64,000 nt of DNA, taken from contig CAZHUP010000002.1 of the NCBI GenBank assembly GCA_964535495.1, forward strand, positions 2,436-66,435, in the 5' to 3' direction. The first letter of the stretch is position 1, and every line of letters starts with the position of its first letter. Shown here piece after piece: positions 49,843 through 59,199 of the stretch. The notes under the pieces are model-generated. The model did not search any database and was not told the origin of the DNA. It saw only the letters and a list, made by a program, of their open reading frames with translations. The DNA is from an uncultured Rhodohalobacter sp. GTDB lineage: Bacteria > Bacteroidota > Rhodothermia > Balneolales > Balneolaceae. Both the position numbers and the translations under genes were made by a program.

Positions 49843-50448
49843 TTATATCTTCTTACTCATGCCTTTAGAGATTTCGAATCGCCACAGCCGATCGGCATGA
49901 TCTCCGGCATACTCTACGCCTATTCGTCTAGAAGGAATGATGTGAGACTCTGGGAATTCAATTCCACGATCTTCAATCCAGACCGGTGGTTGCAGGAGAG
50001 ATGCTGTATTCAGGTCTGTTGTAATTCCCAACGCCTGCGTTAATTTACCCGGGCCGTTGGTTAAATTAGTATGATTTTTCACAGCTCTTCTCTCATTGAT
50101 ATGTTCCAAACCCTCAACCGGAATTATGCTTCGAATAAGAACAGCATCAGCCAAGCCTTCTCGGTTCGTGACTACATTGAAAAGGTGGTGAATTCCATAA
50201 CAGAGATAGATATATGCGTGTCCCGGCTTACCAAACATCACCTCTGTTCGTTCTGTACGTTTTCCATTATTTGCGTGGCATGCTTTATCATTTCTGCCAC
50301 AATATGCCTCTGTTTCAGAGATTATTCCTGAAGTGAATACTCCGTTAATACGACTGCACAATACTTTCCCTAACAGTTTTTGAGCAGCATCCACTACATC
50401 TGGATTGGCATAAAATTCGAGAGGTAAAAGATTCTTCTCAGAAAACAT
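49843..50448 (-). CDS. mpg: DNA-3-methyladenine glycosylase (AAG/MPG family)
   Basis: LLGK, ETEAY, YIYLCYGIH, AVLIR, GPGKL, RIG, WRF. Confidence 0.93.
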   Translation of the reverse strand: MFSEKNLLPLEFYANPDVVDAAQKLLGKVLCSRINGVFTSGIISETEAYCGRNDKACHANNGKRTERTEVMFGKPGHAYIYLCYGIHHLFNVVTNREGLADAVLIRSIIPVEGLEHINERRAVKNHTNLTNGPGKLTQALGITTDLNTASLLQPPVWIEDRGIEFPESHIIPSRRIGVEYAGDHADRLWRFEISKGMSKKI

Positions 50449-51368
50449 CAGGAGATTTCGGTGTATGGATTTCTATCGTTTACAGGATCTTTAAGATAGA
50501 CTTCCTGGTAGGATCTGGCCAAGATTGAAGTAACTACGAACAGTACGGCTGAGTAGAAAACCCAAAAGATAATAATAATCAATACGGTGTATCCTTGGTA
50601 GAAATATCGGTAGGCGGTCAGTGCATATTCGAGGTAAATACTAATACCATACTTTGCTGCTTCAAAGAGTATGGTGTATATGATGGCCGACAAGAAGGCA
50701 ACTTTTGGTTGCATTCGACGCTCACTGATGTAACGGAAAATAGCGTAGAAAAGAATGATCATAAAGATGACCGGAATTACATTCGTGAGAAATTCTGCTA
50801 TCCAGCCAAGTTCAAATACAATTTCTGTGTATGGAATTGCAATTTCATTAAAGGAGAAGAGTGAAATAATAGAGATCGCAATACTGAAAAAGAGAAAAAC
50901 TCCACCAATAACCCCAAAAGCAAAAAAATTGTGTACCAGCTCCATAGCTGGATGTTTTCGATCTTCTACATCAAAAACATCAAAAAGTGCGTGTTTCATG
51001 GTGTGGAAAAGTCCCTGTGCAAAGATCATTAAAATAGCGATACCGGCCACACCAAAAATTGTGCGTGCATTAACTAGCGGTTCAATGATAGTCTCAAGAG
51101 TGATGGCGCTGCCTATCACGTCGCCCGACTGCCCTTCGTAGCTAAGATTGGGCAGTAATTCTCTCCCATACCGAATCACCTCTTCAAAAGCGGCATCAAT
51201 AGATAGAACAAAACCGATTATCGAGATGAGAATCAGAGTAAATGGAATAGAGCAGATGATAAGGTTGAATGTGATCGCCGAAGCATTGTAGAAAACATGC
51301 TTTTTTAAGATCAATTCCCAAACCCTTTGCCAGTACACCCGAAATTTATGTTTATCCAACACGTACAT
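50448..51368 (-). CDS. YihY/virulence factor BrkB family membrane protein
   Basis: ASAITFN...IPF, multiple TM helices, LFEAAK..ISIY, FWVFYS. Start placed at ATG 51368 rather than the track's TTG 51440. Confidence 0.85.
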   Translation of the reverse strand: MYVLDKHKFRVYWQRVWELILKKHVFYNASAITFNLIICSIPFTLILISIIGFVLSIDAAFEEVIRYGRELLPNLSYEGQSGDVIGSAITLETIIEPLVNARTIFGVAGIAILMIFAQGLFHTMKHALFDVFDVEDRKHPAMELVHNFFAFGVIGGVFLFFSIAISIISLFSFNEIAIPYTEIVFELGWIAEFLTNVIPVIFMIILFYAIFRYISERRMQPKVAFLSAIIYTILFEAAKYGISIYLEYALTAYRYFYQGYTVLIIIIFWVFYSAVLFVVTSILARSYQEVYLKDPVNDRNPYTEIS

Positions 51369-51533
51369 ATAAACAAAAAATAGCTCTAATTGAGTTGAAA
51401 GCCAATCAATAGAGAGAATCCTTGGTTTTATTATTAACAAACAGGATTTGAGTCATCTTGAAATCTTTAAAAAAGAGGAAAATTCAATACCTTTAACATC
51501 TGCAAATCTAATTGATGTATGTAAACGAAATTC

Positions 51534-54215
51534 ATGGGTAAGAAAAAGAAGCAACAGACGCCGTTGATGCGTCAATATTTTGAAATTAAGGAGAAACATC
51601 CCGGAACAATTCTGCTGTTCAGGGTGGGAGATTTCTACGAAACGTTTTCGGATGATGCCGTTCTGATTAGTAAAGAACTCGGAATTACCCTTACCAAAAG
51701 AAACAATGGCGGAGATCAGACCCCGCTTGCCGGATTTCCATATCATGCTCTCGACTCTTATCTGCCAAAACTGGTGAAACGTGGTTTCCGTGTGGCGATC
51801 TGTGAACAGACGGAAGATCCTGATTCTGCAAAAAAAGCCGGCAGAAAAATAGTTAATCGTGAAGTGACGGAGATTACTACGCCGGGTGTGACGATGTCTG
51901 AAAAGCTGCTCGATCACAAGCGCAATAACTATATCGCGTCGATTTTTTGGGCCGGGGGAACAGCAGGGGTCGCTTTTTCTGATATATCAACCGGTGAGTT
52001 TGGATTGAGCCAGGTGGGAAAATCAGAACTGGACAGCTTGATTCAATCACTGCAGCCATCGGAAGTGCTGATTCAGAAAAAGCTGAAGAACAGTGTGCCG
52101 GAGATGTTCAAATCAAGCAATATTACATTCATTGAAGATTGGGTATACGAAGGAGAATACGGATATAAGATTCTGACTGAACACTTTAAAACACACTCTC
52201 TGAAAGGGTTTGGCGTGGAGGATCTGGAAATTGCCCATACTGCAGCCGGATCGCTGCTTCACTACATGCAGGAGACGCAGAAATCTTCACTCGGTCATCT
52301 GAAAAGGCTTTACGCTTATGAAAACAGCGAATATATGTCGCTGGATGGATCAACAAAGCGGAACCTGGAGCTGACTTCAAGTATGCAGGAGGGCGGAACC
52401 GACGGAACACTGGTATCTATTTTGGACGCGACCTCCACGGCGATGGGCGGCCGGCTTCTGAGAAAGTGGATTATGAGACCTCTCAAAAAAGTAGAGCCAA
52501 TTGAGAATCGTCTTGAAGCGGTGGGTGAACTGGTGGAGAATCATCCGTTGAGGGAAGAACTCCGGGATGAGCTTGCGCAGGTTGGGGATTTGGAACGGCT
52601 GATCAGCCGGATAAGTGTGGGACGAACGAATGCGCGCGATTTAAAACAACTTCAGCTTTCGCTGGCACAGATAACAGCGATAAAGCGAATTATTGGTCAG
52701 TGTGAAAGCACGTTACTTAGATCTGTTAATAACCGGTTAAAACTTTTGATTGACGTTCAGGAGCGAGTGAAAGGTGCGTTGGTTGAGGATCCGCCGGCAA
52801 GTATTCGCGATGGTGGAATGTTTGATGAAGGGTTTAACGAAGATCTGGATGAACTTCGTGAGATTGCCCGAAACGGTAAGAAGTACATTGCCGAGATTAA
52901 GAATAAGCTTTCAAAGGAGGCGGGAATTCCCTCTCTCAAGATCGGGTATAACAAGGTGTTTGGTTACTACATTGAGGTAACAAATACGCACAAGGATAAG
53001 GTGCCGGAGCATTTTATCCGGAAGCAAACACTGGTTAACTCAGAGCGCTACATCACGCCTGAATTGAAAGAGGTGGAGGAGAAGGTTCTATCGGCCGAGG
53101 ATAAGAGCAAGACACTTGAGGGTGAACTTTTTGAGGAGCTTAGACTTTATGTTGCCGAATTTGCCGATGATGTTCAGCAGATTGCTACAGCCATTGCCGA
53201 GCTGGACTGTATCCAGAGTTTTGCGGAGATGGCATTTCGTAATAATTATGTGAAACCGGAGATCAATGAGGGTGATACAGTTGATGTGAAAAAAGGACGT
53301 CATCCGGTAGTGGAGAAGACGCTTGATGCCGGAGAGCCATTTATCCCAAATGATATCTATCTTGATAATTCTGAGTTTCAAATTTTGATGATAACCGGGC
53401 CGAATATGGCCGGTAAAAGTATCATCCTTCGCCAGACCGGTTTGCTGGTGTTGATGGCCCAAATTGGCTGTTTTGTGCCGGCCGACAAAGCTACGATCGG
53501 TCTTGTGGACAAAATATTTACCCGTGTTGGTGCTTCCGATAATCTTGCAGCCGGAGAGAGTACTTTCCTCGTTGAGATGAATGAAGCCGCTAATATTCTG
53601 AACAATGCCACTCCAAAATCACTTATTCTGCTGGACGAGGTTGGACGGGGAACCAGCACGTTTGACGGACTCAGCATCGCATGGTCGCTGTCTGAGTATC
53701 TGCATAACAAACCGGAGGTGGCTGCTAAAACGCTCTTTGCCACACACTACCACGAATTGAATGAACTTGAAGACCGCTACGAACGAATCAAGAATTTCAA
53801 TGTCCAGGTGAAAGAGCACGATGGGAAAGTGATCTTTTTGCGAAAACTGGTTCGCGGCGGTGCCGATCACAGTTACGGAATTCAGGTAGCCAATATGGCG
53901 GGGCTCCCGGAAGTTGTAATCAACCGCGCGAAGGAGATTCTTAAAAATCTTGAGAGCCATACACTCGATGTGAGTCATGATGGTAACGGCGCAATGTCTC
54001 AGTCAGTCAAAAAGAAGGAGGCTGCAAGGAAGGTTGCAAAAGAGGTGGAAAAACAAGCTGAGTTGCCGCAAATGACTCTTTTTGGCTCACAAATAGACCC
54101 AAACGTGGAAACGCTGCTGAATAAGCTGGATGCAGCTGATCCAAACCGGATGACACCTATCGAGGCGATGCTGATGCTGAGTGAGATGAAGCGTTTGGTG
54201 AAACAGGACAAGTAA
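51534..54215 (+). CDS. mutS: DNA mismatch repair protein MutS
   Basis: TPLMRQY, GDFYE, TGPNMAGKS, STFLVEM, DEVGRGTS, ATHYHEL, SYGI; clamp motif QMTLF. Confidence 0.98.
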   Translation: MGKKKKQQTPLMRQYFEIKEKHPGTILLFRVGDFYETFSDDAVLISKELGITLTKRNNGGDQTPLAGFPYHALDSYLPKLVKRGFRVAICEQTEDPDSAKKAGRKIVNREVTEITTPGVTMSEKLLDHKRNNYIASIFWAGGTAGVAFSDISTGEFGLSQVGKSELDSLIQSLQPSEVLIQKKLKNSVPEMFKSSNITFIEDWVYEGEYGYKILTEHFKTHSLKGFGVEDLEIAHTAAGSLLHYMQETQKSSLGHLKRLYAYENSEYMSLDGSTKRNLELTSSMQEGGTDGTLVSILDATSTAMGGRLLRKWIMRPLKKVEPIENRLEAVGELVENHPLREELRDELAQVGDLERLISRISVGRTNARDLKQLQLSLAQITAIKRIIGQCESTLLRSVNNRLKLLIDVQERVKGALVEDPPASIRDGGMFDEGFNEDLDELREIARNGKKYIAEIKNKLSKEAGIPSLKIGYNKVFGYYIEVTNTHKDKVPEHFIRKQTLVNSERYITPELKEVEEKVLSAEDKSKTLEGELFEELRLYVAEFADDVQQIATAIAELDCIQSFAEMAFRNNYVKPEINEGDTVDVKKGRHPVVEKTLDAGEPFIPNDIYLDNSEFQILMITGPNMAGKSIILRQTGLLVLMAQIGCFVPADKATIGLVDKIFTRVGASDNLAAGESTFLVEMNEAANILNNATPKSLILLDEVGRGTSTFDGLSIAWSLSEYLHNKPEVAAKTLFATHYHELNELEDRYERIKNFNVQVKEHDGKVIFLRKLVRGGADHSYGIQVANMAGLPEVVINRAKEILKNLESHTLDVSHDGNGAMSQSVKKKEAARKVAKEVEKQAELPQMTLFGSQIDPNVETLLNKLDAADPNRMTPIEAMLMLSEMKRLVKQDK

Positions 54216-54261
54216 GAAATCATTGAGATGGTTAAATATTCTCAAAATACCTACTTTTACA

Positions 54262-54277
54262 TTTGAAACATTTCAAA
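54262..54277. promoter_or_regulatory. Palindromic operator, copy 1 (TTTGAAA-CA-TTTCAAA)
   Basis: Perfect 7-2-7 inverted repeat 23 nt upstream of the regulator ATG; overlaps a TACATTTG (TAnnTTTG) element at 54258-54265. Confidence 0.8.
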
Positions 54278-54300
54278 CTATTCAATGGATATCATTTTAC

Positions 54301-54786
54301 ATGGATAATCATCCGGAGCTTAAAAACAGTATCATTACCGATTTTGCGGAAGCCTACAGTAATTTTGGTTTAAATCCACTAATGGGGCGCATCATAGCAC
54401 TGCTAATTATTTCAAAGGATCCGCAATCGCTGGATGATATCACCGAAAAATTGGAGATGAGCAAGGGGCCTATTTCTCAAATATGCCGCAGATTAAAAGA
54501 GAGAAATCTTATTGAAAGCGTTTGGGTGCCGGGAGATAGGAAAGATTACTACAAGGCATCAGAAGATATATTTGGCCAGGCGTTTCAAAATCAGAAATCA
54601 AAAATGAGCCGTAATATTCAAATCGCTAAAAAGTATGCCGACATAGCAAATGAGATGGATGGTGAAGAGGAAAGGTATGCATATAAAAGAATGAGAGAGA
54701 TGCAGTCATTTTATGAGCTCATGGATCAGCATAACGAACAGTTTCTTAAAGCCTGGAAAAGAAAACTGGCTGAATTAAGAAATTAA
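54301..54786 (+). CDS. GbsR/MarR family transcriptional regulator
   Basis: FGLNPLMGRIIALL...SLDDITEKLEMSKGPISQICRRL...PGDRKDYY winged HTH. ATG 54301 is preferred because the track's TTG 54223 would run through the operator. Confidence 0.88.
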   Translation: MDNHPELKNSIITDFAEAYSNFGLNPLMGRIIALLIISKDPQSLDDITEKLEMSKGPISQICRRLKERNLIESVWVPGDRKDYYKASEDIFGQAFQNQKSKMSRNIQIAKKYADIANEMDGEEERYAYKRMREMQSFYELMDQHNEQFLKAWKRKLAELRN

Positions 54787-54840
54787 GTTCTCATTTAAAG
54801 GAGCTTGCTGTCCCGAAAAAAAGGATGCTGATCAATAACT

Positions 54841-54856
54841 TTTGAAACTTTTCAAA
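54841..54856. promoter_or_regulatory. Palindromic operator, copy 2 (TTTGAAA-CT-TTTCAAA)
   Basis: Same 7-2-7 inverted repeat, in the intergenic region before the six-gene enzyme/transporter operon. Confidence 0.82.
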
Positions 54857-54928
54857 TTTTTAATAACATAAAGCAGATTCGCAGAGATAAGGTGGTCTTT
54901 CTGCATTTCACTTTAAAATTTGAAGGTT

Positions 54929-55867
54929 ATGATTCGTAAAGCGATTTACTTTGTGCTTCTTTGGGTTCTGCTGCCGGGCTGCCTTTCCGCACAAGCCTCA
55001 TTTAGCTGGTTAGATTATCCATTTGATGTTCACTTTCAAACTCTTCCAAATGGTGAAACAGTAGCCTACGTGGATGAAGGTGATGCGGATCAAGTGGTCC
55101 TGATGATTCACGGACTTGGAAGCTACTTGCCGGCCTGGCAGAAAAATATTTCAGGGCTGAAAGAGGATTTTCGAATTATAGCTCTGGATCTGCCCGGATA
55201 TGGGAAGTCATCCAAAACTGCAGAGCAGTATACCATTCCCTTCTTTGCAAAATCAATTGTTCAGTTCCTGGAAGCGCTTTCGATAAATGAAGCCTATTTG
55301 GCGGGTCATTCCATGGGAGGGCAGATTGCAATGTTCACAGCACTCGAATACCAGGGAAAAGTGGAAGGGTTGATTCTTTCTGCACCGGCCGGCTTCGAAC
55401 AGTTTAGCGAGCAGGCTCAACAGCTTTTCCGGATGACGGTAAGTAAAGAGTCGGTTATGGGAACCGATGAAGATGGGATTCGGATGAATGCAATCAACAC
55501 ATTCTATCAGTTTCCCGATGAAGCATCTTTTATGATTGAAGATCGGCTTAAGATGAGGGATGATCCGGATTTTGAAAATTACTCAAGGGCTCAGGCAGAG
55601 TCAGTTTTTGCAATGCTGGATGAGCCTGTTTTTGACAGGTTATCAGAAATAGGTGTCCCCACTTTGGTTATTTACGGTCTTCAGGATGGCTTAATTCCAA
55701 ATCAATATCTCAATCCTGAATTAACTACACGCTCGGTAGCTGAATCGGGAACAGCCGAATTGGAAAATGCGGAGTTGGTTCTAATTGAAAATGCAGGTCA
55801 TTTTGTGCATTTCGAAAAATCGGGCGAATTCAATCAAACAGTCAGAAATTTTTTAAAACAAAACTAA
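54929..55867 (+). CDS. Exported alpha/beta hydrolase (esterase)
   Basis: Signal peptide MIRKAIYFVLLWVLLPGCLSAQA; HGLG, DLPGYG, GHSMGG, YGLQD, AGHF. Confidence 0.88.
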   Translation: MIRKAIYFVLLWVLLPGCLSAQASFSWLDYPFDVHFQTLPNGETVAYVDEGDADQVVLMIHGLGSYLPAWQKNISGLKEDFRIIALDLPGYGKSSKTAEQYTIPFFAKSIVQFLEALSINEAYLAGHSMGGQIAMFTALEYQGKVEGLILSAPAGFEQFSEQAQQLFRMTVSKESVMGTDEDGIRMNAINTFYQFPDEASFMIEDRLKMRDDPDFENYSRAQAESVFAMLDEPVFDRLSEIGVPTLVIYGLQDGLIPNQYLNPELTTRSVAESGTAELENAELVLIENAGHFVHFEKSGEFNQTVRNFLKQN

Positions 55868-55875
55868 ACAGAAGT

Positions 55876-56619
55876 ATGTCTCAATTTGAAAATAAAGTTG
55901 TATTGATAACAGGCGGAGCTGCCGGTATAGGCAAAACAACGGCGGAGAAATTTTTACAAGAAGGAGCTATCGTAGAAATTTGGGATCTGAATGATAATGC
56001 TGCAAAAGATCAGATCAACATTTGGGAAAAAGAGAACTACAGAGTCTCGTACCAGCATGTTAATGTTGCTGATGATGAAGCAGTGGAGGAGGCAATGGCC
56101 GATCTGGTGGAGCGCCTTGGTAAAATTGACGTTCTGGTCAATAATGCCGGGATAACGAAGGACGGTACGTTAATAAAAATGGATAAGGATCAGTGGGAGG
56201 CAGTCATTGATGTGAACTTGAGCGGTGTTTACTATTGCGGAAGAGCAGCTGCCAAATTGATGGCCGAGCAGGGCAACGGCGTTATTTTAAATGCCAGTTC
56301 AGTTGTAGCACATAACGGCAATTTTGGTCAGTCAAACTACGTAGCTGCAAAATCCGGTGTGATAGGAATGACGAAAACCTGGGCCAAAGAGCTGGGTAGG
56401 AAAGGAATCCGCGTTAATGCAGTGGCGCCGGGATTTATCAATACAAGTATGGTGGATACAGTGCCTGAAAAAGTGTTGGATTCATTAAAGGAAAAAACTC
56501 CCCTGGGGAGATTGGGAGAGCCGGAGGATATTGCAGAGGCATATCTCTTTTTGGCATCAGATAAAGCGAGATTCATCACAGGAACCGTACTCAATGTTGA
56601 TGGAGGGCTGATATTTTGA
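55876..56619 (+). CDS. FabG/PhaB-like 3-oxoacyl (3-hydroxyacyl-CoA) SDR oxidoreductase
   Basis: TGGAAGIG, NNAGITKD, ASS, NFGQSNYVAAK, APGFINT, VDGG; Asp37 at the end of beta-2. Confidence 0.88.
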   Translation: MSQFENKVVLITGGAAGIGKTTAEKFLQEGAIVEIWDLNDNAAKDQINIWEKENYRVSYQHVNVADDEAVEEAMADLVERLGKIDVLVNNAGITKDGTLIKMDKDQWEAVIDVNLSGVYYCGRAAAKLMAEQGNGVILNASSVVAHNGNFGQSNYVAAKSGVIGMTKTWAKELGRKGIRVNAVAPGFINTSMVDTVPEKVLDSLKEKTPLGRLGEPEDIAEAYLFLASDKARFITGTVLNVDGGLIF

Positions 56620-57608
56620 GCAGACGAGCTAAAATTATCGCTTCAGGATCTTATGCTCCTGCCAGGGTATTGAAGAATGAATGGTTTAATGATCGGCTTG
56701 GTGAAGATGTGGATACCTGGCTGAGAGAAAATCTCACCATTCGTGAGCGCCGATGGATGGAGGATGGCGAGACTACAAGTGATTTGTGTGTGCAGGCGGG
56801 TAACAGGGCGTTAGAAATGGCCGGTTTTTCTCCGGAAGATATTGACCTGCTCATTATTGCAACTGATACACCGGACTTTATTTCCCCTTCAACGGCATCT
56901 GTAGTTCAGCATAAAATGGGGCTGAAGAATGCAACTTCTTTAGATACGAACACGGCATGTGCAGGATTTCCCACAGCCTTTACGCTGGCAAACAGCATGA
57001 TGGTAGCTGAAGAGCGGTATCAAAAAGTGATGGTGATGGGCGCCTACGGTATGAGCCGATTTTTAAATCTGGATGATAAAAAGACAGTCACACTATTTGC
57101 AGATGGTGCCGGAGCTATTATACTCGAGCCAACCGAAGAGACCGGTGTCGGATTTTTATCATCTGATTTGAGAACGAAAGGGGAATACCACGGACACATG
57201 GGGATTTATACCGGTGCAGCGGCAGATCCTGTTACAGAAGAGAAGGTCGCTGAAAAGATGCAGTGTCTTCAATTTGTGGAAAAGTTTCCCAAAGAACTGA
57301 ATCCAAAAATGTGGAGCGATATGATTCGTACAGTTTGCGAACGAGCGGGGGAAGAAGTGTCTGATGTAAAGCACGTTTTTATCACACAGATTAACATCAA
57401 TCAGATTTGGGAAACGATGGATATCCTGAAATTACCGCATGATACAGCTCCAACGATCATGGAGAAGTTTGGTTATACAGGATCAGCGGCGATTCCCATG
57501 GTGTTTGACAGGGAATACAGAGAAGGATCTGTGGAAAAAGGCGATCTGGCCGTTTTTATCGGATCAGGCGGTGGGTTGCACTTTGCAGCATGTGCCTACC
57601 GGTTTTAG
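56616..57608 (+). CDS. FabH/KAS III-like thiolase-fold enzyme with atypical active site
   Basis: ATDTPD, TACAGF (Cys115), LFADGAGA, GSGGG. The HQ and GNT motifs are replaced by TQ and GYT. Confidence 0.88.
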   Translation: MSRRAKIIASGSYAPARVLKNEWFNDRLGEDVDTWLRENLTIRERRWMEDGETTSDLCVQAGNRALEMAGFSPEDIDLLIIATDTPDFISPSTASVVQHKMGLKNATSLDTNTACAGFPTAFTLANSMMVAEERYQKVMVMGAYGMSRFLNLDDKKTVTLFADGAGAIILEPTEETGVGFLSSDLRTKGEYHGHMGIYTGAAADPVTEEKVAEKMQCLQFVEKFPKELNPKMWSDMIRTVCERAGEEVSDVKHVFITQININQIWETMDILKLPHDTAPTIMEKFGYTGSAAIPMVFDREYREGSVEKGDLAVFIGSGGGLHFAACAYRF

Positions 57609-57645
57609 AATATAATGTGATAATGGAAACAAGAAATTAGTCGAT

Positions 57646-59193
57646 ATGGAACTGGCGTCTCAACAGATGGTAACCGGAGGATGGATTTTGATTGCAGTCT
57701 ATGTAGTCACTATTCTCTATTTTGTGGTGCGGGGTGCCGGTAAAACCAAGGATATAAAAGACTACGCTTTGGGGAATGTCCTTTTTTCTCCGGCAGCCGT
57801 GGGCTTGTCTTTGGCTGCATCCATTACCAGCGCGGCGACCTTTATCATTAATCCCGGTTTTGTTGCTCTCTATGGTTTTAGCGGAGTGATTTCCATGGCG
57901 TTTGCACTGCCACTTGCCGCCCTGGTCTCTTTAGTGTTGCTTACTAAAGGTTTTCGTCGCCACGGAAAGACCACAAAAGCTCTCAGTATGGCAGAGTGGA
58001 TGAAGACGATGTACAAGAGTGAGGGATACGGAATTTTCTTCGGATTTCTTTCTCTTCTGTTGATCACATTCATTGTGCTAATTTGCGTAGGATTAACGAA
58101 GGTACTCTCCAGTACGCTGAACATCCCCGAATTTTACACGCTATTGGGAATCGTGATATTCATCTTTGGGTACATGATGTTTGGCGGGGCGAATTCCATG
58201 GTTTATACAAACACCGTTCAGGCACTGCTGATGGTGATTGTCGCATTTATCCTGCTGGGATCAGGCTATGAACACTTTCGAGAAGGAGTCCATGGATTCA
58301 TTGACAAACTCAACGCAATCGATCCAAAATTGACTCAAACCACAAATGACGATAGTTTTCTGTTCCGGGACTACTTTGAGATTATCTTTGCTCAGATCGT
58401 TGTAGGAGTAGCCATTATCTGTCAGCCGCACATTTTAACCAAGTCACTTTTGCTGAAGAGGGATGAGGATGTAAACAGATACCTTTTGGTAGGTTGTGCA
58501 GCTCAGTTTCTCTTCTTTTTGGTAGTGATTGCGGGCCTGTTTGCAAGAATACGATTTCCGGATTTGATGATCGGCGGTCAACCGCTGCCCATGGATAATA
58601 TTGTATCTGCATACGTAGTGAGTGAATTTCCGGTTATTGTGGCCTTGATCGTTGTCATGGGGTTGATATCGGCCGGAATATCCACGCTGGAAAGTTTGAT
58701 TCAATCGCTTTCAACATCAATTACGAATGACATATTAAGGCCACTCGCCGGAAATAAAATCTTTCAAAAAGAGCTGTTCGGACTTCCTCCGCAGCTGGTT
58801 TGGAATCGAATAGTTATTGCTGCTATGGCCGTGATAACGGTGTATCTCTCCTGGGGGCAAATTGTAGAACCTAAATTGAGTGTGGGAATATTTGCTCAAA
58901 ATGGGGTGTACGCCTATTTCTCCGCTGCTTTTACACCAATACTATTGGGAATGTTCTTTAAAAATGTACCAAAGTTGTCTGCTATACTGGCTTCAATTTC
59001 TGCAGTGATCGTTCACTTTACGATGTATTATGCAATGCTGCCCATTCCGTTTTCAAAAGCAACAGGTGAAAATCCCGGCGTTGCTGCTGCCGTGGCAATT
59101 CTGACCGGGGTGGCTATTGGGTTTGCCGTATATCGCATGAAAAACGGGCGCATTGAGCTGAGAGGCAAAGAATTGTCAAAACAAACAGGATAG
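57646..59193 (+). CDS. Sodium:solute symporter (SSS) family transporter
   Basis: About 13 TM helices; DYALG, SLAASITSAATF..PG, GGANSMVYTNTVQ, QPH, SAGISTL. Confidence 0.9.
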   Translation: MELASQQMVTGGWILIAVYVVTILYFVVRGAGKTKDIKDYALGNVLFSPAAVGLSLAASITSAATFIINPGFVALYGFSGVISMAFALPLAALVSLVLLTKGFRRHGKTTKALSMAEWMKTMYKSEGYGIFFGFLSLLLITFIVLICVGLTKVLSSTLNIPEFYTLLGIVIFIFGYMMFGGANSMVYTNTVQALLMVIVAFILLGSGYEHFREGVHGFIDKLNAIDPKLTQTTNDDSFLFRDYFEIIFAQIVVGVAIICQPHILTKSLLLKRDEDVNRYLLVGCAAQFLFFLVVIAGLFARIRFPDLMIGGQPLPMDNIVSAYVVSEFPVIVALIVVMGLISAGISTLESLIQSLSTSITNDILRPLAGNKIFQKELFGLPPQLVWNRIVIAAMAVITVYLSWGQIVEPKLSVGIFAQNGVYAYFSAAFTPILLGMFFKNVPKLSAILASISAVIVHFTMYYAMLPIPFSKATGENPGVAAAVAILTGVAIGFAVYRMKNGRIELRGKELSKQTG

Positions 59194-59199
59194 GTTGAT

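Noticed and set aside
7425-54215. Many DNA repair genes (ligase, exonuclease, recQ, UDG, mpg, mutS) as a repair island
   Set aside because: They are scattered over 47 kb among unrelated genes, on both strands, with no shared upstream motif that I could see.
54223-54300. N-terminal extension of the regulator in the ORF track
   Set aside because: It starts at TTG and overlaps the operator/promoter; the GbsR-like sequence begins at ATG 54301.
55876-57608. fabG-fabH pair as core fatty-acid synthesis or a PKS-like cluster
   Set aside because: There is no acp, fabD, fabF or plsX; the KAS III lacks the decarboxylation residues; the SDR looks NAD-type; and the neighbours are importers.
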